Shown: positions 8,365 through 16,321 of the stretch, in pieces
How the letters are laid out: each line of letters opens with the position of its first letter
How positions within the stretch are numbered: the stretch's first letter is position 1
Source of the DNA: Candidatus Binatia bacterium
GTDB lineage: Bacteria; Desulfobacterota; Binatia; HRBIN30
DNA: 64,000 nucleotides
Assembly: GCA_044450645.1 (NCBI GenBank)
Contig: JBIOJG010000012.1
Location: 36,566 to 100,565, forward strand
Direction of reading: 5' to 3'
Made by a program: the position numbers and the translations under genes
The notes under the pieces: model-generated
What the model saw: the letters and a program-made list of their open reading frames with translations, nothing else
Told to the model about the DNA's origin: nothing
The model's database searches: none

Positions 8365-10436
8365 GGGCGGGAGACCGTTTGCGCTCGAGGGTCCTGCTCA
8401 TGCTGTGTGTGGCTGTTGGCTTCGCTCGTTCATTCGCCTTTGCCGACTGGAGGGCCTTTGTCCCGAGGCAGTTTGAGAACGGGGCCTTCCTCGACACCTT
8501 CACCTCCTTCGAGCGGGATGATATCCGCAGCGGTGCGCAACCAGCTCGATGGCATGACATCTTCGTCAGGGAGAGACTCACCCTGTACTCGAACGGTTAC
8601 TCCTATGATCCCCGGTTTCTCCAGTACCAGTTGTCTGTCGCTGAGGCAGGGAAGCAGGAGGATTACGAGTCCTCTTCTCTCGGATCGCTAGGATGGAGGT
8701 ATGGGACGGGGCTGGAGTACGACGCCAAGCTGTTTTTCCTGCCCGAGCATCACTACAACCTGCAGTTGTATGATCGTCGGTACGAACCGTTGTTCAAGGA
8801 ACAAGCCGGCACGCAGCATGACAGCGTGGAAACCAGTCGCGGCGCTTCTTTCCGGTACCGCAAGAAACCGTACTTCCTGCACGCCAGCTACGGCAACGAT
8901 TCCATCGAGTCGGCGGAGTCTTCCTCTGACGTCACACGGTTCAACGTGGATGGCGAGTACTTCAAGCGATACACGAACGGGAACGAATTGTCTTTTAACG
9001 GCGCGTTCAATCCCTCGTGGTTCAGCACCTCCCAGGGACTCACGGGTGATTCGCGGGAATATCTATTCGGCAACTTCGTGAACCTACAGCGAGTGCGACT
9101 GAGCTCCAACGTGAACTACAACACGTTTGATCAGGAGAGCAACTCGTCGGGGACGTTCAAGAATGATCAGCTGGTGGCGTACGAGCTGCTGACCGCGTAT
9201 CTACCGCTGAGATTCAGGACCGATCTCTCTTACCGCTATCAGGACAACCAGAGCACGACTCCCGGTGCAGGTACCGGAACAAACCTCTCGCGGTCCGACA
9301 ATGGCAGGGATCTTCAGCTCGACGTCGCCCACAGACTCTACGAGAGCCTGGATACGACATACACGTTCTTGGACGGTTCACGGACGTCCTCCGGTGGCGA
9401 GACAACGACCCGGTCCCATTCGCTGGCGCTCGATTACACCAAGTCGATTCCGCGCGGCCGGATCCTGGTCGGGACGAACCTGGCTACAGGTGAGACGGAC
9501 AACAGCGGCCGCGTCGATCTCGTCAACGAGCCGTATTCAGCGACGCTTCCCGTGCCGGGATCCTTTCTCCTGCGCCAGCAGAACGTGGAACAGGGAAGCA
9601 TCAACGTGTTTCTCAAGTCTCCCCTGCCGCCATTCGAGACAATTTTTCTCGTGCAGGACGAGAACTACAAGGTGACGACAGTTGGAAACAGTACGGAGAT
9701 TTTTGACATTACTCTGCCCCAGCACTCTCCGCCATTTGATCCGATCGGGACCTACGATTTCCTTGTCTCCTATTCTGCCGCGGGAGACTTCGGGCTCCGA
9801 TCCGACACGTTCGGCGGCAATGCCAGTGTGGAACTGTTTGACAATCTACTCACTCCGTACTTCAGCTATGTTACGGTTCGATCGAAGGTGTTGTCCGGGG
9901 TCTTTCCGGGGATTCCTGTCGATTCCACGACCTATACCACGGGCCTGATTGTCAACTTCGGGGTGGTGCGGATGCGGGGAGAGTACCAGGAGCTACAGTG
10001 GGAGGTCAGCCCGTACCGGTCCTGGAGAGCGGAGGTCCAATACGTGCAACCCCTCAATGCGACCACCAGCGCGTACGCTACGGCTTCCTACCTGAACAAG
10101 TATTATCCTCGCGGCACATCCCTCGAACCCTCGGCGGCATATACGGAAGAGACGGAGTCGGCTGCCGCCAACATTCAAAAGCAGCTCTTCTCGCGGAGCA
10201 TGTTTCTGTCCGCAGGCGGCTCTTACTCGCGGATGCAAGGGCTAGTCGATGCCAACGCGTATGCGTTAAATGCGTCCTTGAACTGGACCATAGGAAAGGT
10301 GAGCCTTAGCGTCGGAGCGAGCGCCTATGAGTCCGACACGGCAGGAACGACTACTGTCACGACAGGAACGACTACCGTTTCGACCCGACGTGACCATGAA
10401 TTGGTTTTCGTCAACCTCCGGCGGCGACTCTTTTAG
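8361..10436 (+). CDS. Putative large outer-membrane beta-barrel (porin-like partner of the cytochromes), 691 aa
   Basis: The signal peptide ends ...VAVGFARSFAFA/DW. There are no haem motifs. Composition is Ser/Thr/Tyr/Asn/Gly-rich with alternating hydrophobic residues. The C-terminus ...HELVFVNLRRRLF ends in Phe like an OMP beta-signal. The gene is translationally coupled to the pentahaem cytochrome gene. Confidence 0.6.
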   Translation: MRAGDRLRSRVLLMLCVAVGFARSFAFADWRAFVPRQFENGAFLDTFTSFERDDIRSGAQPARWHDIFVRERLTLYSNGYSYDPRFLQYQLSVAEAGKQEDYESSSLGSLGWRYGTGLEYDAKLFFLPEHHYNLQLYDRRYEPLFKEQAGTQHDSVETSRGASFRYRKKPYFLHASYGNDSIESAESSSDVTRFNVDGEYFKRYTNGNELSFNGAFNPSWFSTSQGLTGDSREYLFGNFVNLQRVRLSSNVNYNTFDQESNSSGTFKNDQLVAYELLTAYLPLRFRTDLSYRYQDNQSTTPGAGTGTNLSRSDNGRDLQLDVAHRLYESLDTTYTFLDGSRTSSGGETTTRSHSLALDYTKSIPRGRILVGTNLATGETDNSGRVDLVNEPYSATLPVPGSFLLRQQNVEQGSINVFLKSPLPPFETIFLVQDENYKVTTVGNSTEIFDITLPQHSPPFDPIGTYDFLVSYSAAGDFGLRSDTFGGNASVELFDNLLTPYFSYVTVRSKVLSGVFPGIPVDSTTYTTGLIVNFGVVRMRGEYQELQWEVSPYRSWRAEVQYVQPLNATTSAYATASYLNKYYPRGTSLEPSAAYTEETESAAANIQKQLFSRSMFLSAGGSYSRMQGLVDANAYALNASLNWTIGKVSLSVGASAYESDTAGTTTVTTGTTTVSTRRDHELVFVNLRRRLF

Positions 10437-10469
10437 GGTGCGGCTCGTTGCGATGAGGCAGACAACGCC

Positions 10470-11543
10470 GTGATGACCCCTATCGATCGCAAGTGCAAGA
10501 ACAGACGGCGGACGGTACTCCTCTTCACGCTCGTTTTCCTCGTCTCCGGTTGCGCCACGAAGTGGATGCTGCGGACGGCGCAGCCCGACATCGCCCTTCA
10601 ATGGCCGTACCAGCCGAACAAGGCCAAATTGACCTACGTCCGATCCCTGACCGGACTCGCGCACAACACGGACTCCGGTTCGGTACTGAGAGCCATCGTC
10701 TTCGGCAATGAGGAGAAAGACCGCAATGCCTTCGTCCTGCCGGTGGCCGTGGCAACCGGAAACGATGGACGCATCGCCGTTGCCGACATGGGGCGCAGGT
10801 GCGTCCATCTCTACATTCCTGGCCAGCAGCGCTACATGCTGCTGTCCGGTTCGGAACAGGAACCGGTCAGGTCGCCCGTTGGGCTGATCTTCGATGAGGA
10901 CTTGAAACTCTATCTTTCCGACTCGTCGGGAACAGTGTTTGCCTTCGGCGCGGACGGCGCGCTGCTCTTCACCCTGCAACAAGCCGGCGCGGATAGGCTC
11001 CAGCGGCCGACCGGTGTGGCGTACAGCTCCCGAACGAAGTTGCTCTACGTCGTGGATACGCTTGCCAACAAGGTCCATGCGTTCGGGACGAACGGCGCCT
11101 TTGCCTTCTCTTTTGGTGAGAGAGGGGACGCCCAAGGCCGCTTCAATTTTCCCACGCACATCTTCCGGTCCCCTTCCGGAGAACTCTACGTGACGGATGC
11201 ACTCAACTTCAGGGTCGAGATCTTCGACGAGCAGGGGAAAGTGCTGGGGTCCTTTGGTCATCACGGCGACGGCTCTGGTGATCTGGCGATGCCCAAGGGG
11301 GTGGCGGTGGACAAGGACGGCATCGTGTATGTAGTGGACGGCATTTTCGACAATGTCCAGCTCTTCAACCGGCAGGGAGACTTCCTCCTGACGCTCGGCA
11401 AGAGAGGCGTTGACTTCGGCGAATTCTGGCTCCCCTCGGCGGCCTTCATTAGTGACAATGATGAACTCTATGTGTGCGACACGTACAATCGACGCATCCA
11501 GGTCTTTCGCATCGCGGAGCGGTATGCCGACGGTACATCCTGA
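10470..11543 (+). CDS. NHL-repeat beta-propeller lipoprotein (NHL-2)
   Basis: The lipobox is FTLVFLVSGC/ATK. NHL blades include LYVVDTLANKVHAFGTNG, LYVTDALNFRVEIFDEQGKVL, PKGVAVDKDGIVYVVDGIFDNVQLFNRQG and LYVCDTYNRRIQVFR. Confidence 0.85.
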   Translation: MMTPIDRKCKNRRRTVLLFTLVFLVSGCATKWMLRTAQPDIALQWPYQPNKAKLTYVRSLTGLAHNTDSGSVLRAIVFGNEEKDRNAFVLPVAVATGNDGRIAVADMGRRCVHLYIPGQQRYMLLSGSEQEPVRSPVGLIFDEDLKLYLSDSSGTVFAFGADGALLFTLQQAGADRLQRPTGVAYSSRTKLLYVVDTLANKVHAFGTNGAFAFSFGERGDAQGRFNFPTHIFRSPSGELYVTDALNFRVEIFDEQGKVLGSFGHHGDGSGDLAMPKGVAVDKDGIVYVVDGIFDNVQLFNRQGDFLLTLGKRGVDFGEFWLPSAAFISDNDELYVCDTYNRRIQVFRIAERYADGTS

Positions 11544-11577
11544 GCGCAAAACCCTGGCCCCAGCTCGGAGGTCGACA

Positions 11578-13539
11578 ATGCGGAAAGCAACCGGCCGGAC
11601 GGGTGTTGGGGCAGGGGTTGTTTTTGTACGGGCGGTGGTGGGCGTCTACCTGCTCGGTTGCGGGCTGGTATTTCCAATCGAGGCGCAGACACCGGCGGAC
11701 ATGGTCAACACCAAGCACAACCTGTCAGTATCGGGCCCGGGACCGATCCGGGCGCTGACGGAAACCCGGATCTGCGTCTTCTGTCACACACCGCACAATG
11801 CGACGCCACTCTCGCCCCTGTGGAACAAGGAGATCGAGCCGCAGGTCTATACGGTGTATACAAGCCCTACGTTGAAGGCGGGTCCGCTTCAACAGCCCTC
11901 GGGCCCGACGAAGCTCTGCCTCAGCTGTCATGACGGCACCATTGCCATGGGTGCGGTTGTCAATCCGGTCGAGGGAATCGGCATGGCAGGCAGCGACGCG
12001 CTGCCTCTAGGAAGCCTCTCGAGTTTTGGTCTGGACCTATCGGGGCATCACCCGGTTTCGTTTTCCTATTCGGATGCTTTGCCCAATGCCGAGTTGGCCG
12101 CATCGCCGCCTCCCGATCTCGTTTACGGGGGCATCGATGAGGTTCACTGCATCACCTGTCACGATCCCCACAACGACCGGTACGGCAAGTTTTTGGTGAA
12201 GGACAATCGCTACTCCGCACTCTGTATCACGTGCCATCAGATGACCGGATGGAGCAACTCGGCGCATGCGACTTCGACGGCACCGGTGGGCGGGATTTTG
12301 CCCCGGCCTCCGAAGACGTGGCCCACGTACACGCAGTTGAATGAGTGGGGATGCGAGGTGTGCCATACACCCCACTTCGCACCGACCGCCGAACAGTTAC
12401 TGAACTTCACTGCCGCGCCGCCGGCTCCGTTCTCGTGTACCAGCGCAGGTTGTCATACTTCCACGCCGACCCAGCCTCACGCCGGGACCGCTCTCGCCGC
12501 GGCGCAAATCGGGGCGGTTACAGGTTCTCCTGCCGGAAGGGTGGACATCGCTCGCCAAACGCAAAAGATCTCCGCGCACCACGAACCCCTCGGCACCATC
12601 CCGCTGTCACAACGCATACCAGGAGGAGCGGCCCGTTCCGGAATTCGCAGTGTCACCTGCACGGATTGCCATAATCCTCACCTCACCAGTGACAGGAAAG
12701 TCAAGGCACCCTCCGCCTCGGGCCTGCTGCGGGGAGTGAGCGGCGTCGACCGGAATGGCGTGGAGATCCGTTCGATAACATACGAGTATGAGGTTTGTTT
12801 CAAGTGCCACGGCGACAACACTCCGGACCTGAACTACGTTCCCCGCGTCCTCAGCGTCACCAATACGCGGCGGGCCTTCGATACCGCCAATCCCTCGTAC
12901 CACCCAGTCATCGGCATGGGAAAGAACCTCAACATCCCGAGCATTCCGTCGCGTTTCGAGCCCAACATGAGCCCATCCGTGGTGATCTATTGCACGACCT
13001 GCCACGCCGATGACGAGGGCGGCTCGAGAGGACCCCATGGTTCGTCGTTTCCTCCGATCCTGAAGGAACGCTACGAAACGGCGGACAACACACCGGAGCG
13101 TTATGACAACTACGCGCTCTGCTACCGCTGCCATGACCGGTCCAGCATCAACAACGACAGAAGCTTCAAGACGACGATGGGGAAAGGCGGCCACAGCGGA
13201 CATCTGAAGGCAAATGCCCCCTGTTCCGCATGTCATGATCCGCACGGAGTGAATGCCGCCGTGGGATCGCCCTCAACCGGGGACCACACGCATCTCATCA
13301 ACTTCGATACGCGAATCGTCTCGCCCGGGACGAAGAGTTACCCGACGTTCACGGACAAAGGGATAATATTCTCAGGGAGCTGCAATCTGTGTTGTCATAG
13401 TGTGCTCCATGACGACGGTGCATGCGGCTCCGCCGGCGCGCTCAAAACAACCCGAGCGCCACAGGTCGGCGGAGCACCACAGACGGCCGGAGCGCCGACC
13501 TTGTGTTCAGGCTCGCCGGTGTGCGGTTCGTACCCGTGA
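11578..13539 (+). CDS. Multihaem c-type cytochrome: 10 CXXCH plus one CX4CH and one CX3CH; possible lipoprotein
   Basis: ATG 11578 follows GGAGG (11567-11571). The N-terminus ...VGVYLLGCG is lipobox-like. Motifs are CVFCH, CLSCH, CITCH, CITCH, CEVCH, CTSAGCH, CTDCH, CFKCH, CTTCH, CYRCH, CSACH and CNLCCH. The N-terminal signature is HNLSVSGPG...RICVFCHTPHNA...PLWN...LCLSCHDGT. Confidence 0.85.
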   Translation: MRKATGRTGVGAGVVFVRAVVGVYLLGCGLVFPIEAQTPADMVNTKHNLSVSGPGPIRALTETRICVFCHTPHNATPLSPLWNKEIEPQVYTVYTSPTLKAGPLQQPSGPTKLCLSCHDGTIAMGAVVNPVEGIGMAGSDALPLGSLSSFGLDLSGHHPVSFSYSDALPNAELAASPPPDLVYGGIDEVHCITCHDPHNDRYGKFLVKDNRYSALCITCHQMTGWSNSAHATSTAPVGGILPRPPKTWPTYTQLNEWGCEVCHTPHFAPTAEQLLNFTAAPPAPFSCTSAGCHTSTPTQPHAGTALAAAQIGAVTGSPAGRVDIARQTQKISAHHEPLGTIPLSQRIPGGAARSGIRSVTCTDCHNPHLTSDRKVKAPSASGLLRGVSGVDRNGVEIRSITYEYEVCFKCHGDNTPDLNYVPRVLSVTNTRRAFDTANPSYHPVIGMGKNLNIPSIPSRFEPNMSPSVVIYCTTCHADDEGGSRGPHGSSFPPILKERYETADNTPERYDNYALCYRCHDRSSINNDRSFKTTMGKGGHSGHLKANAPCSACHDPHGVNAAVGSPSTGDHTHLINFDTRIVSPGTKSYPTFTDKGIIFSGSCNLCCHSVLHDDGACGSAGALKTTRAPQVGGAPQTAGAPTLCSGSPVCGSYP

Positions 13540-13580
13540 CGGATTTCTGCAACCACAGACGCGCAGAGAAGGATCGGTAC

Positions 13581-14903
13581 ATGAATCAGAAGAACTTCCC
13601 AACTTGCCTCGTGTTTGCTCTGCTCCTGGCGAGCGGGCTATTGCTGACCGGCGGTGCCGCGATGGCGGAAGAGGGCTGCGTTTCCGACAAGTGCCACGCG
13701 ACGCTGTTGAAGGCCAGTACCGTCCATCCCGTTGCTGAAGGCTGCGACAGCTGTCACGAGTCCGTGGCGACGCCGCATCCGCAAAAGGGAAAGAAGACCT
13801 TCAAGCTCACGCAGGACCCGCCGGATCTCTGTTTTACCTGCCATGATCACGATGCATTTGCGAAGAGCGATGTTCATCCGCCGGTTCAGTCCGGGATGTG
13901 CACGACGTGCCATAACCCGCATGCCTCGAATCAGCCTAAACTGCTGGCGCAGCCGCTGAAGGATCTCTGCCAGACCTGTCATGCCGATCACGTAGACTTT
14001 AAAGTCGTCCACGGTCCGGTCTCCGCCGGAGACTGCACGGTGTGCCACAGCCCGCACGCGACCGACACCAAGAAGCTGCTGCTGAAGGAGCCCCCAGACC
14101 TCTGTTTCGGCTGTCATCTCGATATGCCGGAAACGTTGCAGAAGAAGCACGTGCATCCGGCGTTGGCCGGCGGCTGCACGTCGTGCCACAACCCGCATGG
14201 CTCCGACTACCCGAAGATGCTGGCTCAGGAGGGCCAAGATCTCTGTTTTCTCTGTCATCCGCAGATGGCGGACAAGGTGAAGGATTCGCCGGTGGGCCAT
14301 CCGGCCCTCCTCATGGAGAAGGGCTGCGCCACGTGCCATTCGCCGCACGCCAGCGACAACGAGAAGATGCTGCTGAACCCGGTAAAGGACACCTGTATCA
14401 CTTGTCACGACTCCATCATCCCGAAGAATGCGACCGTGTTGCATGGCCCCAACAACGACGGAAAGTGCACGCGTTGTCACGACCCGCACGGCAGCCAGAA
14501 CGAAACACTCTTGGTCGCGAAGTTCCCTACGGAGGTGTACGTTCCGTACACCGACACGGAGTTCGCACTATGCTTCAGCTGTCACAAGCGCGATCTGCTC
14601 CAGTATCCGCAGACCTCTTTCGCAACGAACTTCAGAGATGGGGAGAGAAACCTGCACTTTCTGCACGTCCACAACCAGCAAAAGGCGCGGAGCTGCAAAT
14701 TATGTCACAGCGTTCACGGCAGCAGCAATCCGAAGCTGATCGCGGAGAGCGTGCCGTTCGGGAAATGGAATCTTCCCTTGAAGTTCGTGAAGACCGAGAC
14801 GGGCGGAGGGTGCTCGCCGGGATGTCACAAGCCGCAGTACTACGACCGAAAGACTCCAGGCAAGAAACCCGAAGCACCGAAATCTACCGCAAAGAGCGAT
14901 TGA
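13581..14903 (+). CDS. Periplasmic-type multihaem cytochrome built from c7-like repeats: 13 CXXCH plus CX4CH and CX3CH
   Basis: The signal peptide is MNQKNFPTCLVFALLLASGLLLTGGAAMA. Motifs are CVSDKCH, then CDSCH, CFTCH, CTTCH, CQTCH, CTVCH, CFGCH, CTSCH, CFLCH, CATCH, CITCH, CTRCH, CFSCH, CKLCH, then CSPGCH. The unit DLCxxCH...VH(G/P)P...G.C..CH.PH.S...K(L/M)L occurs about five times. Confidence 0.85.
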   Translation: MNQKNFPTCLVFALLLASGLLLTGGAAMAEEGCVSDKCHATLLKASTVHPVAEGCDSCHESVATPHPQKGKKTFKLTQDPPDLCFTCHDHDAFAKSDVHPPVQSGMCTTCHNPHASNQPKLLAQPLKDLCQTCHADHVDFKVVHGPVSAGDCTVCHSPHATDTKKLLLKEPPDLCFGCHLDMPETLQKKHVHPALAGGCTSCHNPHGSDYPKMLAQEGQDLCFLCHPQMADKVKDSPVGHPALLMEKGCATCHSPHASDNEKMLLNPVKDTCITCHDSIIPKNATVLHGPNNDGKCTRCHDPHGSQNETLLVAKFPTEVYVPYTDTEFALCFSCHKRDLLQYPQTSFATNFRDGERNLHFLHVHNQQKARSCKLCHSVHGSSNPKLIAESVPFGKWNLPLKFVKTETGGGCSPGCHKPQYYDRKTPGKKPEAPKSTAKSD

Positions 14904-14998
14904 TTGCAGGGAAGGTTTTCTGCGTCTCTTCGCCCCGTGGCGTGTCGCGCTGAGTCTACCCGACCCAATGACGTCGCCGGGGCCGTAGCCGCAACGGA

Positions 14999-15039
14999 GT
15001 CGCATTGGCGCATTTGCCACATGCGAGTTAGCTAGCTAA
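14999..15039. promoter_or_regulatory. Two adjacent dyad-symmetric elements (candidate enhancer/UAS for the downstream sigma-54 promoter)
   Basis: TCGCAT-TGGC-gcattt-GCCA-c-ATGCGA (14999-15026) is followed by the perfect 12-nt AT-rich palindrome TTAGCTAGCTAA (15028-15039). Both lie ~200-240 nt upstream of the -24/-12 element at 15242. Confidence 0.25.
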
Positions 15040-15241
15040 ACGCCTTCCCAGCAGTCGGAGCCGAACCGCCGCCGCGCCTTCGCTCCGCCCGTCTGCCATT
15101 CTCATCGGTACAGCCATTCTGCATCGTCTGTACACCTGCGCGGTATCGCCTGAGCACAAGCCCGGTTTTCGCCAAAAACGCGATGTGGCGACAGGTCACC
15201 CGTCGGCACCATCGTTCAGGTGCTCGGCGCAGTCACCTTCC

Positions 15242-15257
15242 TGGCACATCCGTTGCC
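15242..15257 (+). promoter_or_regulatory. Sigma-54 (-24/-12) promoter of the tetrahaem cytochrome gene
   Basis: TGGCACatccgTTGCc is a full match to TGGCAC-N5-TTGC. It lies 73 nt upstream of ATG 15330. Confidence 0.65.
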
Positions 15258-15329
15258 CTGGTTATGGGCAAGCGGGATCGCATGCGGACGGTTCACTCTG
15301 CCGCATCGAAGTCACAGGAGGTGATATTG

Positions 15330-16178
15330 ATGAACGCCGCAACGAGAGTGCAGTTACTGGCTGCGTTCGCATGGTTGACGTTGATGACGTCACCTGCCTG
15401 GGCACGTGGCAGGGCAGGCTCGGGCTTGGCCGGCAGCGCGCATGATTTCGCCAACCCGGCACACGGCGTCTACCAAAGCGATGGCAACGCCGATAGATGC
15501 ATCTTCTGTCACGTCGGAGGCAACGGTTCTACGGCTGGCGGCCGAGCGCAGTGGAACGATGGGTGGACAACACCGGCCGCAGCCTGGAATACGAGGAACC
15601 GGACCGGTGGCCCGCAGGCGCCGGAGACCCTCGACTCCCTGCCGCTATGGAACCATGAGCTCACCGCCAGCTACGCGTCCTACGCGATGTACCAGAACGG
15701 CCCCGGCGCACCGCAGAAAGGCGCCAAGGCCTCACAGGCCATTCAAAACGGCATGACCCCGGGCAGTACTTCTCTGCTCTGCCTCAGTTGTCACGACGGC
15801 AGCGCGGCGATCAACTCCGGCAATGCCTCCCAGCTGACCAGGTTTCAGGACAGCGGCAGTGTGACGTTCGGTGCGTCGTACGTCATCGGCAGGGACAACT
15901 ACCTCGGAAACCACCACCCCATCGGGTTCGATTATGATGCGGTGCGGGCGGGGGACAAAGAAGTCCGCTCCCCGGATACCGCGCGGATGGGCACGGCCGG
16001 TACCGTCAGGGACCACCTCTATGGACCGGGGAGCACCCGGATGGAATGCGGAACCTGTCATTCCGTGCATAACACGGGCAACACGGGCGAAGCCTTGCTC
16101 TGGCGCAGTGACGCACGCAGTCGGCTCTGCCTCACCTGCCACGACAAGGGCACCGACCCCGTCGCCATGACGCCGTAA
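15330..16178 (+). CDS. Secreted tetrahaem c-type cytochrome (intact paralogue of 5623-6454)
   Basis: SD AGGAGG lies at 15316-15321. The signal peptide is MNAATRVQLLAAFAWLTLMTSPAWA. Four CXXCH motifs are present (CIFCH, CLSCH, CGTCH, CLTCH). Long blocks are shared with the paralogue: LPLWNHELT.SYASY.MYQNGPGAP.KG.KASQAI and DNYLGNHHPIGFDYD...GTAGTVRDHL...TRMECGTCH.VHN.GNTGE.LLWRSD. Confidence 0.85.
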   Translation: MNAATRVQLLAAFAWLTLMTSPAWARGRAGSGLAGSAHDFANPAHGVYQSDGNADRCIFCHVGGNGSTAGGRAQWNDGWTTPAAAWNTRNRTGGPQAPETLDSLPLWNHELTASYASYAMYQNGPGAPQKGAKASQAIQNGMTPGSTSLLCLSCHDGSAAINSGNASQLTRFQDSGSVTFGASYVIGRDNYLGNHHPIGFDYDAVRAGDKEVRSPDTARMGTAGTVRDHLYGPGSTRMECGTCHSVHNTGNTGEALLWRSDARSRLCLTCHDKGTDPVAMTP

Positions 16179-16250
16179 CCTCAGACCGACATACGCTCAG
16201 CCAGAAGGATGGCGACATTCGAAGTAGAGACACAACTTGTGATGTAAATC

Positions 16251-16283
16251 GGCGGGCGCGCTGTGTCCATGATCGCGCCCGCC
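16251..16283. terminator. Hairpin between convergent genes (possible bidirectional terminator)
   Basis: GGCGGGCGCG-13 nt-CGCGCCCGCC forms a 10-bp perfect stem. It lies between stop 16178 (+) and stop 16322 (-). Confidence 0.45.
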
Positions 16284-16321
16284 TCATCTACTCTGCGGAC
16301 CTCCAATGAGCGAGTGATCGC

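Noticed and set aside
10266-11549. 427-aa minus-strand ORF antisense to NHL-2
   Set aside because: It is a shadow ORF, for the same reason as above.
13638-14489. 283-aa minus-strand ORF antisense to the c7-repeat cytochrome
   Set aside because: The plus strand encodes 13 regularly spaced CXXCH motifs. The antisense product is Arg/Leu/Val-rich noise.
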